A stretch of DNA of 64,000 nt from Candidatus Krumholzibacteriota bacterium (GTDB lineage Bacteria > Krumholzibacteriota > Krumholzibacteriia > JAJRXK01), in NCBI GenBank assembly GCA_963806035.1, contig CAWDWO010000016.1, forward strand, positions 74,581 to 138,580, given 5' to 3'. The notes below the pieces were generated by a model. The model was not told the origin of the DNA. It searched no databases and saw only the letters and a program-made list of their open reading frames with translations. The position numbers and the translations under genes are program-made. Below are positions 41,803 through 51,857 of this stretch, one piece after another; positions within the stretch are counted from its first letter, which is position 1, and each line of letters begins with the position of its first letter.

Positions 41803-42651
41803 ATGGAATCCAATTCGAGCCAATCTCCGGCCAATGCGAGCCCTCCTGCCCCCGCGGTGGTCCGCCTCGATCTGTCCTACGACGGCGGCGGATTCCACGG
41901 ATGGCAAGTGCAACCCGGACTGCGAACCGTCCAGGGCGAGCTGATGCGTTGTCTGAAGAAACTGCTGCCGCTGGAGGGTATTCCTCCCGGAGCGGGTCGT
42001 ACCGACGCCGGAGTGCACGCCCGCGGCCAGGTGGCGAGCTTTCCCCTGCCCGATCCCTCCACCTTCGAGCGAATCCACCGCGCTCTGCCGCGCATGGTTC
42101 CCCAAGACATGGCGGTGAGGCGCGTCCTTCTGGCCGATCCGGATTTTCATGCCCGACACAGTGCCCGCGGCCGGATCTACACCTATCGCATCATGCTCGA
42201 GCACGATCCTCTGCGGCGGCGGACGCACTACTTCGTCCCGAGCGCGCTTCAGATCGAGAAGATGAAGCGCGCCGCCCAGGACTTGCTCCGGGACGATGAT
42301 TACACGAGCTTTTGCAAGGCCTCCTCGGTGGTCCAAGGGAAGACGCGCTGCAAGGTGCGCAGAGCGGAACTCGTCTCTGAAGGGCCGGTCATCGTCTTCA
42401 CCATCGAGGCCGATCGCTTCCTGCATTCCATGGTGCGCACCATCGTCGGCACTCTGGTGGAAATCGGTCGCGGAATTCGTCCTGTGGACGCGATTCCTCA
42501 GATCCTGCATGCTCGCAGCCGCGAGCAGGCGGGACATCTCGCTCCCGCGCACGGACTGTGCCTGGAGGAAGTGAAGTACGGCCACGAGGGGCGTCGAGGC
42601 CTTGCGAGCTTGGAGAAGGATTCGCATGCAGATCTACCTGGAATCGGCTGA
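41803..42651 (+). CDS. truA: tRNA pseudouridine(38-40) synthase
   Basis: YDGGGFHGWQ, GRTDAGVHA, FHAR, FLHSMVR. Confidence 0.95.
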   Translation: MESNSSQSPANASPPAPAVVRLDLSYDGGGFHGWQVQPGLRTVQGELMRCLKKLLPLEGIPPGAGRTDAGVHARGQVASFPLPDPSTFERIHRALPRMVPQDMAVRRVLLADPDFHARHSARGRIYTYRIMLEHDPLRRRTHYFVPSALQIEKMKRAAQDLLRDDDYTSFCKASSVVQGKTRCKVRRAELVSEGPVIVFTIEADRFLHSMVRTIVGTLVEIGRGIRPVDAIPQILHARSREQAGHLAPAHGLCLEEVKYGHEGRRGLASLEKDSHADLPGIG

Positions 42652-43270
42652 TCCCCGCGAGCTGGGCGAAGCCCTGAGTTATCGCGTGGTGGACGGCGTC
42701 ACCACCAACCCCGCGCTCCTGGCGCGAATGGGGGGCGACCCCCATCTACGGCTCAAGGAACTCTGCGAGATGGTGAAGGGACCCGTCCTGGCCTCGACCA
42801 CTTCGCTGGAGAGCGAGGCCATGATCGACGAGGCTCTGGCCCTCGCCGAGGTGCACGAGCGCATGGTGGTGAAGCTCCCCTGTCTCCCGGCGGCCCTGCC
42901 GGCCATGGCGGAGCTGGCGGAGCGGCGAGTTCCGGTGGAGGCCACTCTCTGTTTCAGCTTGAGCCAGGCGCTTCTCGCCGCGAAGACCGGAGTGCACTTC
43001 GTCTCTCCCATGGTGGGGCGGCTCGACGAGGCGGGACAGGACGGTCTCACCCTCGTGGGGAACATTCTGACCGTCTACGATCAGTATCAATTCAAGACCC
43101 GCGTCATCGCGGGAGGCTGCCGCACCGCGACTCACGTGGCGGAGGCCGCTCGCATGGGCGCCGATGCGGCAACCCTACCCTTGAGTCTCTTGCGGATCCT
43201 GGCCGCGCATCCTCTGAGCAGCAGAGTGCAGCGGGAGTTCACCGAGAGCTGGCGCAAGGGGCAGAACTAG
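42626..43270 (+). CDS. Transaldolase/FSA family protein with a divergent active site
   Basis: GVTTNP, Schiff-base VVKLP, TLCFS.SQA, SP.VGRLD; several conserved residues are substituted. Confidence 0.85.
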   Translation: MQIYLESADPRELGEALSYRVVDGVTTNPALLARMGGDPHLRLKELCEMVKGPVLASTTSLESEAMIDEALALAEVHERMVVKLPCLPAALPAMAELAERRVPVEATLCFSLSQALLAAKTGVHFVSPMVGRLDEAGQDGLTLVGNILTVYDQYQFKTRVIAGGCRTATHVAEAARMGADAATLPLSLLRILAAHPLSSRVQREFTESWRKGQN

Positions 43271-43348
43271 CCCCCGGCGGCCTTTGGCGGAACCCGCGCG
43301 AAGGGGCACCGTAGAATCTGGCATTGGTGGGAGTTTCCCGGGAGTGTC

Positions 43349-44623
43349 ATGAGCCAAAAGCGATTCGTTCCCTACCTCGTCGGCGGATTGGCCGGGGCCA
43401 GTCTGGGACTGGCCGTGCTCATCGCGGTGCTCGTCAGCGGTGGGATTCCCTTCGTCCATCATGCCACCGGGAAGCTCGGGGCCTCCCAAGCTCCCCCGAG
43501 TTCCTTGGGGGTCACCGCAGCGCAGCCCGAGGGAATGCAGGGCGCCAGCGTGGACAGCGTGCGCAGCATCGACGAGGGGCGTCGCGATGCCATCGTGGAA
43601 GCCACGCGCAGAGCGAGTCCGGCCGTGGTCAGCATCACCGTCATCTACCATCAGTTCGTGCGCGTCGCGGCCGATCCTCTGGAGTCGTTTTTCTCGCAGG
43701 GCTACGGACGCACCACGGTCAAGAAGCAACCTTACGAAATCCTCGGCAGCGGCGTGATCATCGACAAGCGCGGCTACATCATCACGAACAACCACGTCCT
43801 GGGTGAATCGAAGGACTCGCACATCTTCATCACTCTGTCCGACGGGCGGCAATTTCAAGCGGAACTGGTGGGACGTTCCACTCACTACGACGTGGCTCTT
43901 TTGCGTTTCTCGGAGAAGGTGCCCGACATGCCGGTGGCCACTCTCGGCGACAGCGACGACCTGGTGCCGGGCGAGTGGGCCATCGCCATCGGCTCTCCCT
44001 ACCGCTACCTGCTCGACGATCCCGCGCTGACGGTGACCGTCGGTGTGATCAGCGCGCTGCATCGCGATTTGAAACAGGCGCAGGACGAAGGCCCTGCCTA
44101 CCTGGACATGATCCAAACCGATGCCGCGATCAACCAGGGCAACAGCGGCGGCGCGCTCGTCAATGCCAAGGGAGAGGTCATCGGGATCAACACCTTCATC
44201 ATCTCCGGTTCGGACGGCGGGAATTTCGGGGCCGGTTTCGCCCTGCCCATCAAGCGTGTCAAGTGGGTGATGGACGAGATCGTGCAGTACGGAGGACTCC
44301 GGCCGCGCGTCACCGGGTTCTTGGGCGCGGTGCTCGACAAACGCTGGCGCTACCTGCTCAAACTCGACGACGACATGACGGGGATCTACGTGGGCCGGGT
44401 CTATCCGGATTCTCCCGCTTCCGAGGCGGGCCTTAAGGTGGGTGACATCATCCGCGCCATCAATGGGCAAGTCATTCTGCGCAAGCAGGACTTCACGCGC
44501 CTCATCTACGAGGCGCAGGTCGGGACGAAGCTTCATCTCAAGGTGCAGCACGGGGATGAGATGTGGGACACCGTGCTCACCATCTCTTCCCATCCTCCGG
44601 CCACTCCCTCGGGCGAGAAGTGA
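43349..44623 (+). CDS. HtrA/DegP-like serine protease with one PDZ domain
   Basis: N-terminal TM, GSGVII, TNNHV, DVAL, QTDAAINQGNSGG and a PDZ domain. Confidence 0.93.
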   Translation: MSQKRFVPYLVGGLAGASLGLAVLIAVLVSGGIPFVHHATGKLGASQAPPSSLGVTAAQPEGMQGASVDSVRSIDEGRRDAIVEATRRASPAVVSITVIYHQFVRVAADPLESFFSQGYGRTTVKKQPYEILGSGVIIDKRGYIITNNHVLGESKDSHIFITLSDGRQFQAELVGRSTHYDVALLRFSEKVPDMPVATLGDSDDLVPGEWAIAIGSPYRYLLDDPALTVTVGVISALHRDLKQAQDEGPAYLDMIQTDAAINQGNSGGALVNAKGEVIGINTFIISGSDGGNFGAGFALPIKRVKWVMDEIVQYGGLRPRVTGFLGAVLDKRWRYLLKLDDDMTGIYVGRVYPDSPASEAGLKVGDIIRAINGQVILRKQDFTRLIYEAQVGTKLHLKVQHGDEMWDTVLTISSHPPATPSGEK

Positions 44624-44680
44624 GAATCTGACGCTCGGCTCTGGCGGCACGGCCCACCCTGTGATAGCCTGCCGCGCGTC

Positions 44681-45979
<1,299 letters not shown>

Positions 45980-45982
45980 AAC

Positions 45983-48363
45983 GTGGCCGTCCCCGTGAGT
46001 TCCCTGGACGACCGGCCTCTTCGCGAGGCCCTGTCGGAACTCGGATTGTCGCTCAGCCTGCAAGAGGCGCGGCGCGTGGCCGAGCTGCTCGGGCACGATC
46101 CCACCGAGACCGAACTCACCCTCTTCGACACCATGTGGAGCGAGCACTGCTCCTACAAGAGCAGCAAGCCGGTGCTGCAAGGAGCTTCCTGCCGACGGAA
46201 GCCTCCAACGTGATCCTGGGTCCCTCGGAGGACGCGGGGATCATCCACTTCGCCGAGGTGGACGGAGTTCGTTACGGTCTGGCCATCGCGCACGAGAGCC
46301 ACAACCACCCCTCCCAGGTCATGCCGGTGGATGGCGCGGCGACCGGAATCGGTGGAGTGGTGCGCGACGTGTACTGCATGGGAGCCGAGGTGATCGCCAC
46401 CCTCGATCCACTGCGATTCGGCGATCCGCGCGGAGAAAACGGCGAGCGGTGCCTGGAGATCGCGCGCGAAGTGATCGAGGGCATCGCGCTCTACGGCAAC
46501 GCGCTCGGTGTGCCCAATCTGGGCGGGGACGTGGCCTTCGACTCGTGCTATGACGACAACTGTCTGGTGAACGTGGTGGCGGTCGGGCTGGTGGAGGAGC
46601 AGCGCATCACCCGCAGCCGAGTCCCGCAGGCGGCGCGCGAGGAGCCCTACGATTTTCTCCTGGTCGGCAAGCCCACCGACTGGAGCGGCATGGGCGGCGC
46701 CGCCTTCGCCTCGGCCGATCTCGACGCCGAGGGGCTCTGGAGAAAATCTGGGCAGCGTGCAGGTGCCCGATCCCTTCCTCAAGCGCATGCTGGTTCTGGC
46801 CAATCGGGCCATGTTGGATCTGGTCGCACGCGCGAAGGCGCCCAGATCGGCTTCAAGGATCTCGGCGCCGGCGGCATCGCCTGTGTCTCCTCCGAGCTCG
46901 CGGACGCGGCCGGCATGGGCGTCGAACTCGATCTCCAGCACGCGAGCATCGAACCCGCCGATCTTCCCTCTCCGGTGGCGGCCTGCAGCGAAACCCAGGA
47001 GCGCTTTGGAATCGCCTGCCCGGCTCGGCTCAGCGAGAGCATCCTGCGCATCTACAACGAGGATTTCGATCTGCCCGCGATGTACGAGGGGGCGGGCGCG
47101 CGGCGGGTGGGGAGAATCAAGGTGCCCGAAGAGGGCGAGGCGGCGCGCTACCTTTTGCGCCGGGGCAGTGAAGTCCTGGTGGACGCTCCCATCTCCACCA
47201 TCACCGCGGGAATTCGTTACGAACGCGAAGCGCGCGAATCCGCGCGCGAGTTGAGCGTGCGCGCGCTGCCCGAAGAAGATCGCGAGCGTGGAGCCGAACT
47301 CCTGAAGCTCTTGGCCTCGCCGGCTCTGTGCAGCCGCCGCGCGCTCTTTCAGCACTTCGACAGCGAAGTCAGGGCGTCCACCGTGCTGCGCCCGGGGGAG
47401 GCCGACGCGGGGGTAGTGGCGCCCATCGCGCAAAGCACGGTCGGCATGGCCAGCTCGGTGGACGGGAATCACCGCTACTGTCGGATCGATCCCTACCTCG
47501 GCGCCGCTCACGCCGTGGTGGAAGCGGCGCGCAACGTCGCCTGCGTGGGAGCCAGCCCGGCCGCGATCACCGACTGCCTCAATTTCGGCAGCCCCGAGTC
47601 GCCCGAGGTGTTCCACAGCTTCGTGGAAAGCGTACGCGGCATCGGCGATGCCTGCCGCGGGCTCGGGCGTCTCGAGGCGCCGGGCGATCCTCTACCGGTA
47701 ATCAGCGGCAACGTGAGTTTCTACAACCAGAGCGCCAGCGGGAGAGCGGTGGCGCCTTCGCCCATCATCTGCTGCGTGGGGATCGTTCCCGATGCGAGCG
47801 TGTGCCGGAGCCTCTCCTTCAAGGAGGCGGGCAATCTGGTGTATCGCATCGGCAGCTTCCGCAGCGAGATGGGGGGCAGCGTCTACGCCGAAGATCTCGA
47901 TTCCACATGGAGGGGAGCCCTGCCCCCGATCGACTTCCCGACGGTGCGCCGGGAGATCGAACTCGTCGTCACCCTGATTCGCGAGAAGAAGCTGCTCGCG
48001 GTGCACGACCTCTCCGAGGGGGGAACTCTGGTCGCTCTGGCCGAGATGGCCTTGGGACCGGAGGGTGAGGGAAGGCTGGGTCTGAGGGCGAATCTCTCCT
48101 GTGCCTGCCGCGAGGTGGACGAGATCGCGGCCGCCTTCGGGGAATCGGGAGGATTTTTGCTGGAGATCCGGCCCCAGGACGCGAGCTTGCTCGAGGGACG
48201 GGCGCAGGCCCATGGGCTTCCCTGCTACGAAATCGGCACGCTGACCCGCGAGCGGGAGTTCGTGGTGGAAGGTCTGTCGCGCCCGCTGCGACTCTCACTG
48301 GACGAGCTGCGGCGCGCGCGTGAGGAAACGATGCCGCGCCTGCTCTCGCGGGAGGAGCTATGA
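45983..48363 (+). CDS. purL: Phosphoribosylformylglycinamidine synthase subunit PurL, containing apparent frameshifts
   Basis: [11 protein letters not shown] lies in ORF 45983-46213. [27 protein letters not shown] and SGNVSFYN lie in ORF 46135-48363. VQVPDPF is shifted out of that frame near 46757. Confidence 0.9.
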
Positions 48364-49178
48364 GTCGCGTGGTGGTCGCGGTTCTGCAGTTCCCCGGCCT
48401 CAACTGCGAGACCGAGACTCTGCGCGAACTCACGCGCGCCGGAGTCCAGGCCACCCTGGTGCGCTGGAATGAGCGCTCCGCGCATCTCGCGCGCTACGCC
48501 GGCTTCGTCATTCCCGGAGGCTTTTCTTACCAGGACCGCATTCGCGCCGGAGCCATCGCCGCAAAATCGCCTCTTTTGGAGGAGGTCGTGCGCGAGGTGG
48601 AGAAGGGCAAACCCATTCTTGGTATCTGCAACGGCGCACAGATTTTGGTCGAGGCGGGTTTGGTGCCGGGGGAGGAGGCGGGCAGGATCGACCTGTGTCT
48701 CGCTCCCAACAAAGTCAAAGCCTGGAGCGGCTACCACGCGCGCTGGGTCTTCGTGAAACCCGATTCCCCTTCCTGCTTCTTCACCGAAACTCTGCACGGG
48801 CCCTTTCCCATCGTGGTGGCTCACGGCGAGGGACGCTTCTATACGGAAGATCAGGGGATGTGGAACTCGCTGCGCGAGCGCGGCCGTTTCGTGCTGCGCT
48901 ACTGCGGCGCCCAGGGCGAGAGCGCGCGCGGCTTTCCCGAGAACCCCAACGGAGTGGCCGACGACGTGGCGGGGATGTCCGGATTGGACGGACAGGTCCT
49001 GGCCTTCATGCCCCATCCGGAGCGGGCCTCTGTTCTGTGGCAGCTTCCCGAGGACCTGCCCGGGGTTTGGGGAGAACGGCGTCGAGCCGCAGCCGGCAAC
49101 AAGGAAGAGCTGCAGGCGGAGGGGCCGGGGCGTGCACTCCTGGCGGCCTTTCGCCGACTGGAAGGGGGCGGCGCCTGA
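48360..49178 (+). CDS. purQ: Phosphoribosylformylglycinamidine synthase glutaminase subunit
   Basis: FPGLNCE, PGGFSYQD, GICNG, AHGEG, NPNG, MPHPER. Confidence 0.96.
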   Translation: MSRVVVAVLQFPGLNCETETLRELTRAGVQATLVRWNERSAHLARYAGFVIPGGFSYQDRIRAGAIAAKSPLLEEVVREVEKGKPILGICNGAQILVEAGLVPGEEAGRIDLCLAPNKVKAWSGYHARWVFVKPDSPSCFFTETLHGPFPIVVAHGEGRFYTEDQGMWNSLRERGRFVLRYCGAQGESARGFPENPNGVADDVAGMSGLDGQVLAFMPHPERASVLWQLPEDLPGVWGERRRAAAGNKEELQAEGPGRALLAAFRRLEGGGA

Positions 49179-49825
49179 TGCAGCCCCTGGTGTTTCTGCT
49201 GCGCCGCAGGGCGGTGGATTTGGTCGCGGTCTCGGCCGCGGCCACGCTCCGCGATGCGCTGGGCCTGGGCGAGCGTCTGCGTGCGCTGCGCCGCGACGAC
49301 GGCTACTGCCTGGAGAATCTGCAGGAGGGCAGCCAAGAGGAGTGGTTGCGGGCCTGCGTGCACCGCCCCTCGTGGTTCAACCCCAATACCCACAGGCACG
49401 CGCTCTTTGCGGCCGCCCCGGGTGCGCATGCCGCCGCGCGGCAAGAAGGCTCCTGGCCAGAGCCCTGGCTGGGCTCTCTTTTGGGCAGCGATCGCCCCGA
49501 GCTGGCCGAACCGCCAAGCTGCGACCATCTTGAAGCCTGGCTCTCCCTTCCCCGCGAGCGGGACAGTTACTCCGTGAGCTTGCTGGCCTTCGACGGCGAG
49601 GAACCCGTCCGCACCCTTCCCCGAGGCCACTGGCCCGATGCGCAGGGACAGGTGCTCGCCTTTCAGCTGTGGACCCTCCTGCTCGCCGCTCCCACCGCGG
49701 ATGCGGCCTTGGAACTGGCACTCGAGGTCTCTTTGGCTCGCTCGCGCGATCGCGGACTGCTCATCCACCCTCAGCGCGAGCGCTGGGCTCTGGCAGCCCC
49801 GGTCGCGGCCTCTTTGGAGGAATGA
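49178..49825 (+). CDS. Hypothetical protein, possibly tandem PurS-like
   Basis: Translationally coupled to purQ (TGATG) and purF (ATGA). PurS-like segments end in WFNP and LLIHP. Confidence 0.55.
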   Translation: MQPLVFLLRRRAVDLVAVSAAATLRDALGLGERLRALRRDDGYCLENLQEGSQEEWLRACVHRPSWFNPNTHRHALFAAAPGAHAAARQEGSWPEPWLGSLLGSDRPELAEPPSCDHLEAWLSLPRERDSYSVSLLAFDGEEPVRTLPRGHWPDAQGQVLAFQLWTLLLAAPTADAALELALEVSLARSRDRGLLIHPQRERWALAAPVAASLEE

Positions 49826-51264
49826 ACTTGCAGAGCTCAGCTCACGAGGATCGACTGCGCGAGGAATGCGGCGTCATGGCGGTGGTGGGTCATCCCGACG
49901 CCCCGCGGCTCTGCGCGCTCGGTCTGGCCGCCCTGCAGCACCGCGGACAGGAGTCGGCGGGAATTGCCGCGGCCGATGGCCACGTCGTCGTCTCGCACAA
50001 GGCCATGGGGTACGTCAACGAGGCGCTGCGGGACGAGGACGTCGCGAAATTGAAAGGCCATCTGGCCATCGGTCACGTGCGGTACTCGACGACCGGGTCC
50101 TCCAACTTGATGAACGCTCAGCCCATTCACGTCACCTACAAGCGCGGCAGTTTGGCCATCGCGCATAATGGCAATCTGGTGAATGCGACCGGCTTGCGGC
50201 GGGCGATGGAAGAACAGGGCTCGATTTTCAACACCACCAACGATAGCGAGGTGATTCTCCATCTCATCGCCCGCTCCCAAGCGGACACGCTCCAACAAGC
50301 CTGCCGCGAGGCTCTGGACAAGGTGGAGGGCGCCTACTCGCTGCTCATCATCGATCCGGAGTCGGTGGTCGTGGCGCGCGATCCGCGCGGGTTCCGACCC
50401 CTCTGCCTGGGACGATTGGACGGGGCATGGGTCGCCGCCAGCGAGACCTGCGCTCTGGACATGATCTCGGCCAGTTACGAACGAGAGGTCGAGCCGGGCG
50501 AGATGGTGATCCTCGATTCCCGCGGCGGAATTCAGAGCCTGCGTTTCACGGAGGAACGTCCGGCCAGCATGTGCATTTTCGAATATGTCTATTTCGCGCG
50601 CCCGGATAGCCAGATCTACGGGCGCAGCGTCAATGCGGTGAGGCGCCGCATGGGGGAAGCCCTGGGACGCGAGGCCCCGGCGGAGGCCGACGTGGTGATC
50701 GGCGTGCCCGATTCCTCCAACACCGCTTCCCTGGGCTACAGCCAGGTCACCAAGATCCCCTGGGAGCTGGGGCTCATCCGCAACCACTACGTCGGGCGCA
50801 CCTTCATCCGTCCCAGCCAGGAAGTTCGCGACTTCTCGGTGCGCAAGAAGTACAACCCGGTCAGCCACGTGCTGCAGGGCCAGCGGGTGGTCGTGGTGGA
50901 CGATTCCATCGTGCGCGGAACCACCATGCGCAAACTGGTCACTCTGATCCGCGGCGCGGGCGCGCGGGAAGTCCATCTGCGCATTTCCTCGCCGCCGATC
51001 ACCCACTCCTGCTACTACGGGATCGACACCCCGGTGTCCAAGCATCTCATCGCCTCTTCGCACACCGTCGAGGAGATCGCCAAGTACCTGCAGGTGGACA
51101 GTCTGGCCTACCTGAGCGTGGAGGGGCTCATGTCGGCGGTGCACAGCTCGGAGGGCTTCTGCCGGGCCTGTTTCACCGGCGAATATCCCGTCGCTCCGCC
51201 CGAATCGGCCTCCAAAGAGGTCTTTGAGGGCTCTCTCAGCGCCGGCAGCCCCGAAACCGCCTGA
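49822..51264 (+). CDS. purF: Amidophosphoribosyltransferase
   Basis: EECGV propeptide/catalytic Cys, LQHRGQESAG, GHVRYST, HNGN, VVVVDDSIVRGTT and Fe-S cysteines (CIFE, CYYG, CRAC). Confidence 0.97.
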   Translation: MNLQSSAHEDRLREECGVMAVVGHPDAPRLCALGLAALQHRGQESAGIAAADGHVVVSHKAMGYVNEALRDEDVAKLKGHLAIGHVRYSTTGSSNLMNAQPIHVTYKRGSLAIAHNGNLVNATGLRRAMEEQGSIFNTTNDSEVILHLIARSQADTLQQACREALDKVEGAYSLLIIDPESVVVARDPRGFRPLCLGRLDGAWVAASETCALDMISASYEREVEPGEMVILDSRGGIQSLRFTEERPASMCIFEYVYFARPDSQIYGRSVNAVRRRMGEALGREAPAEADVVIGVPDSSNTASLGYSQVTKIPWELGLIRNHYVGRTFIRPSQEVRDFSVRKKYNPVSHVLQGQRVVVVDDSIVRGTTMRKLVTLIRGAGAREVHLRISSPPITHSCYYGIDTPVSKHLIASSHTVEEIAKYLQVDSLAYLSVEGLMSAVHSSEGFCRACFTGEYPVAPPESASKEVFEGSLSAGSPETA

Positions 51265-51304
51265 GAATCTGGTCCCGCCCCCGCATTCTGCCTATCTTTC
51301 TGGC

Positions 51305-51705
51305 ACCGAGGGCCCGATGGCCAGTCAGGCGATCCGCCCTCGCGAGCCGAGTTCCACTCCGCCACAGTCAGGCCCTTTCCGCGAGAGCATCGCGACGCTG
51401 GGTCCGGTGCGCGGAGAATCTTGCTACAAGCCAGATTAAATGGACCAGCTCCAGTAAGATGACAGGTTGACCGCACGAGGGTCCCGGGTACAGAGTACCG
51501 GCATCGGATGCCGGGAAGACCAATTGCTCCCGGTCCGTCGTGGAAATGAGCAAGGGAACGCTCGCACCAGAGTGACAGGGCGTTCGAAGGAAGCGAAGCC
51601 TCTCTGCCGGAGGACGGAGAGGCGGGAGCCGTGCATGGCGCCGCCGAGGCGCGCGCCCACGGTCTGAGAATCCTCAAGTGGATCGACGGGGCCGATAGGG
51701 GCCCT
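51305..51705 (+). ncRNA. Candidate large structured non-coding RNA of unassigned family
   Basis: Lies in a ~590-bp gap with no credible ORF. The 5' and 3' ends are complementary (51309-51337 with 51678-51705), there are several internal hairpins, and a -10-like TATCTT sits at 51293-51298. Confidence 0.55.
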
Positions 51706-51857
51706 GACGGATTGGCAATCGCGAACCAGGCACGCCCTGCGTCCCCGCGTCGTTTGCCCGCAGCCGCTCGCGCGTTCCGTCGGTCATGAAGTGCGGCGCA
51801 AGGATCCGAGAACCATCTCGATCCCGCCGCCAGGAAAATCACAACCAGGACCCGTCC

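Noticed and set aside
51301..51316. TGGCAC as a sigma54 -24 element
   Set aside because: There is no GC at the required -12 spacing.
51407..51687. GTGCG start, GAGCCG...CGGT hairpin and AC end, suggesting a group II intron
   Set aside because: At about 280 nt it is too short. The hairpin lacks the domain V GNRA loop and 3' two-nucleotide bulge, there is no RT ORF, and no gene is interrupted.
51305..51705. RNase P or SRP RNA identity for the structured region
   Set aside because: No GAGGAAAGTCC or ACAGAANNCGGCT elements were seen on either strand, and GAAGGAAGC lacks the full SRP domain IV context.
51688..51740. GGGGCCGA...GACGG...GCACGCC resembles a tmRNA 5' end
   Set aside because: The UUCGAC motif is absent. 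No matching T-arm or acceptor 3' end (GGTTCRANTCC...CCA) is seen downstream or, for a permuted form, upstream, and the segment pairs better with 51309-51322.
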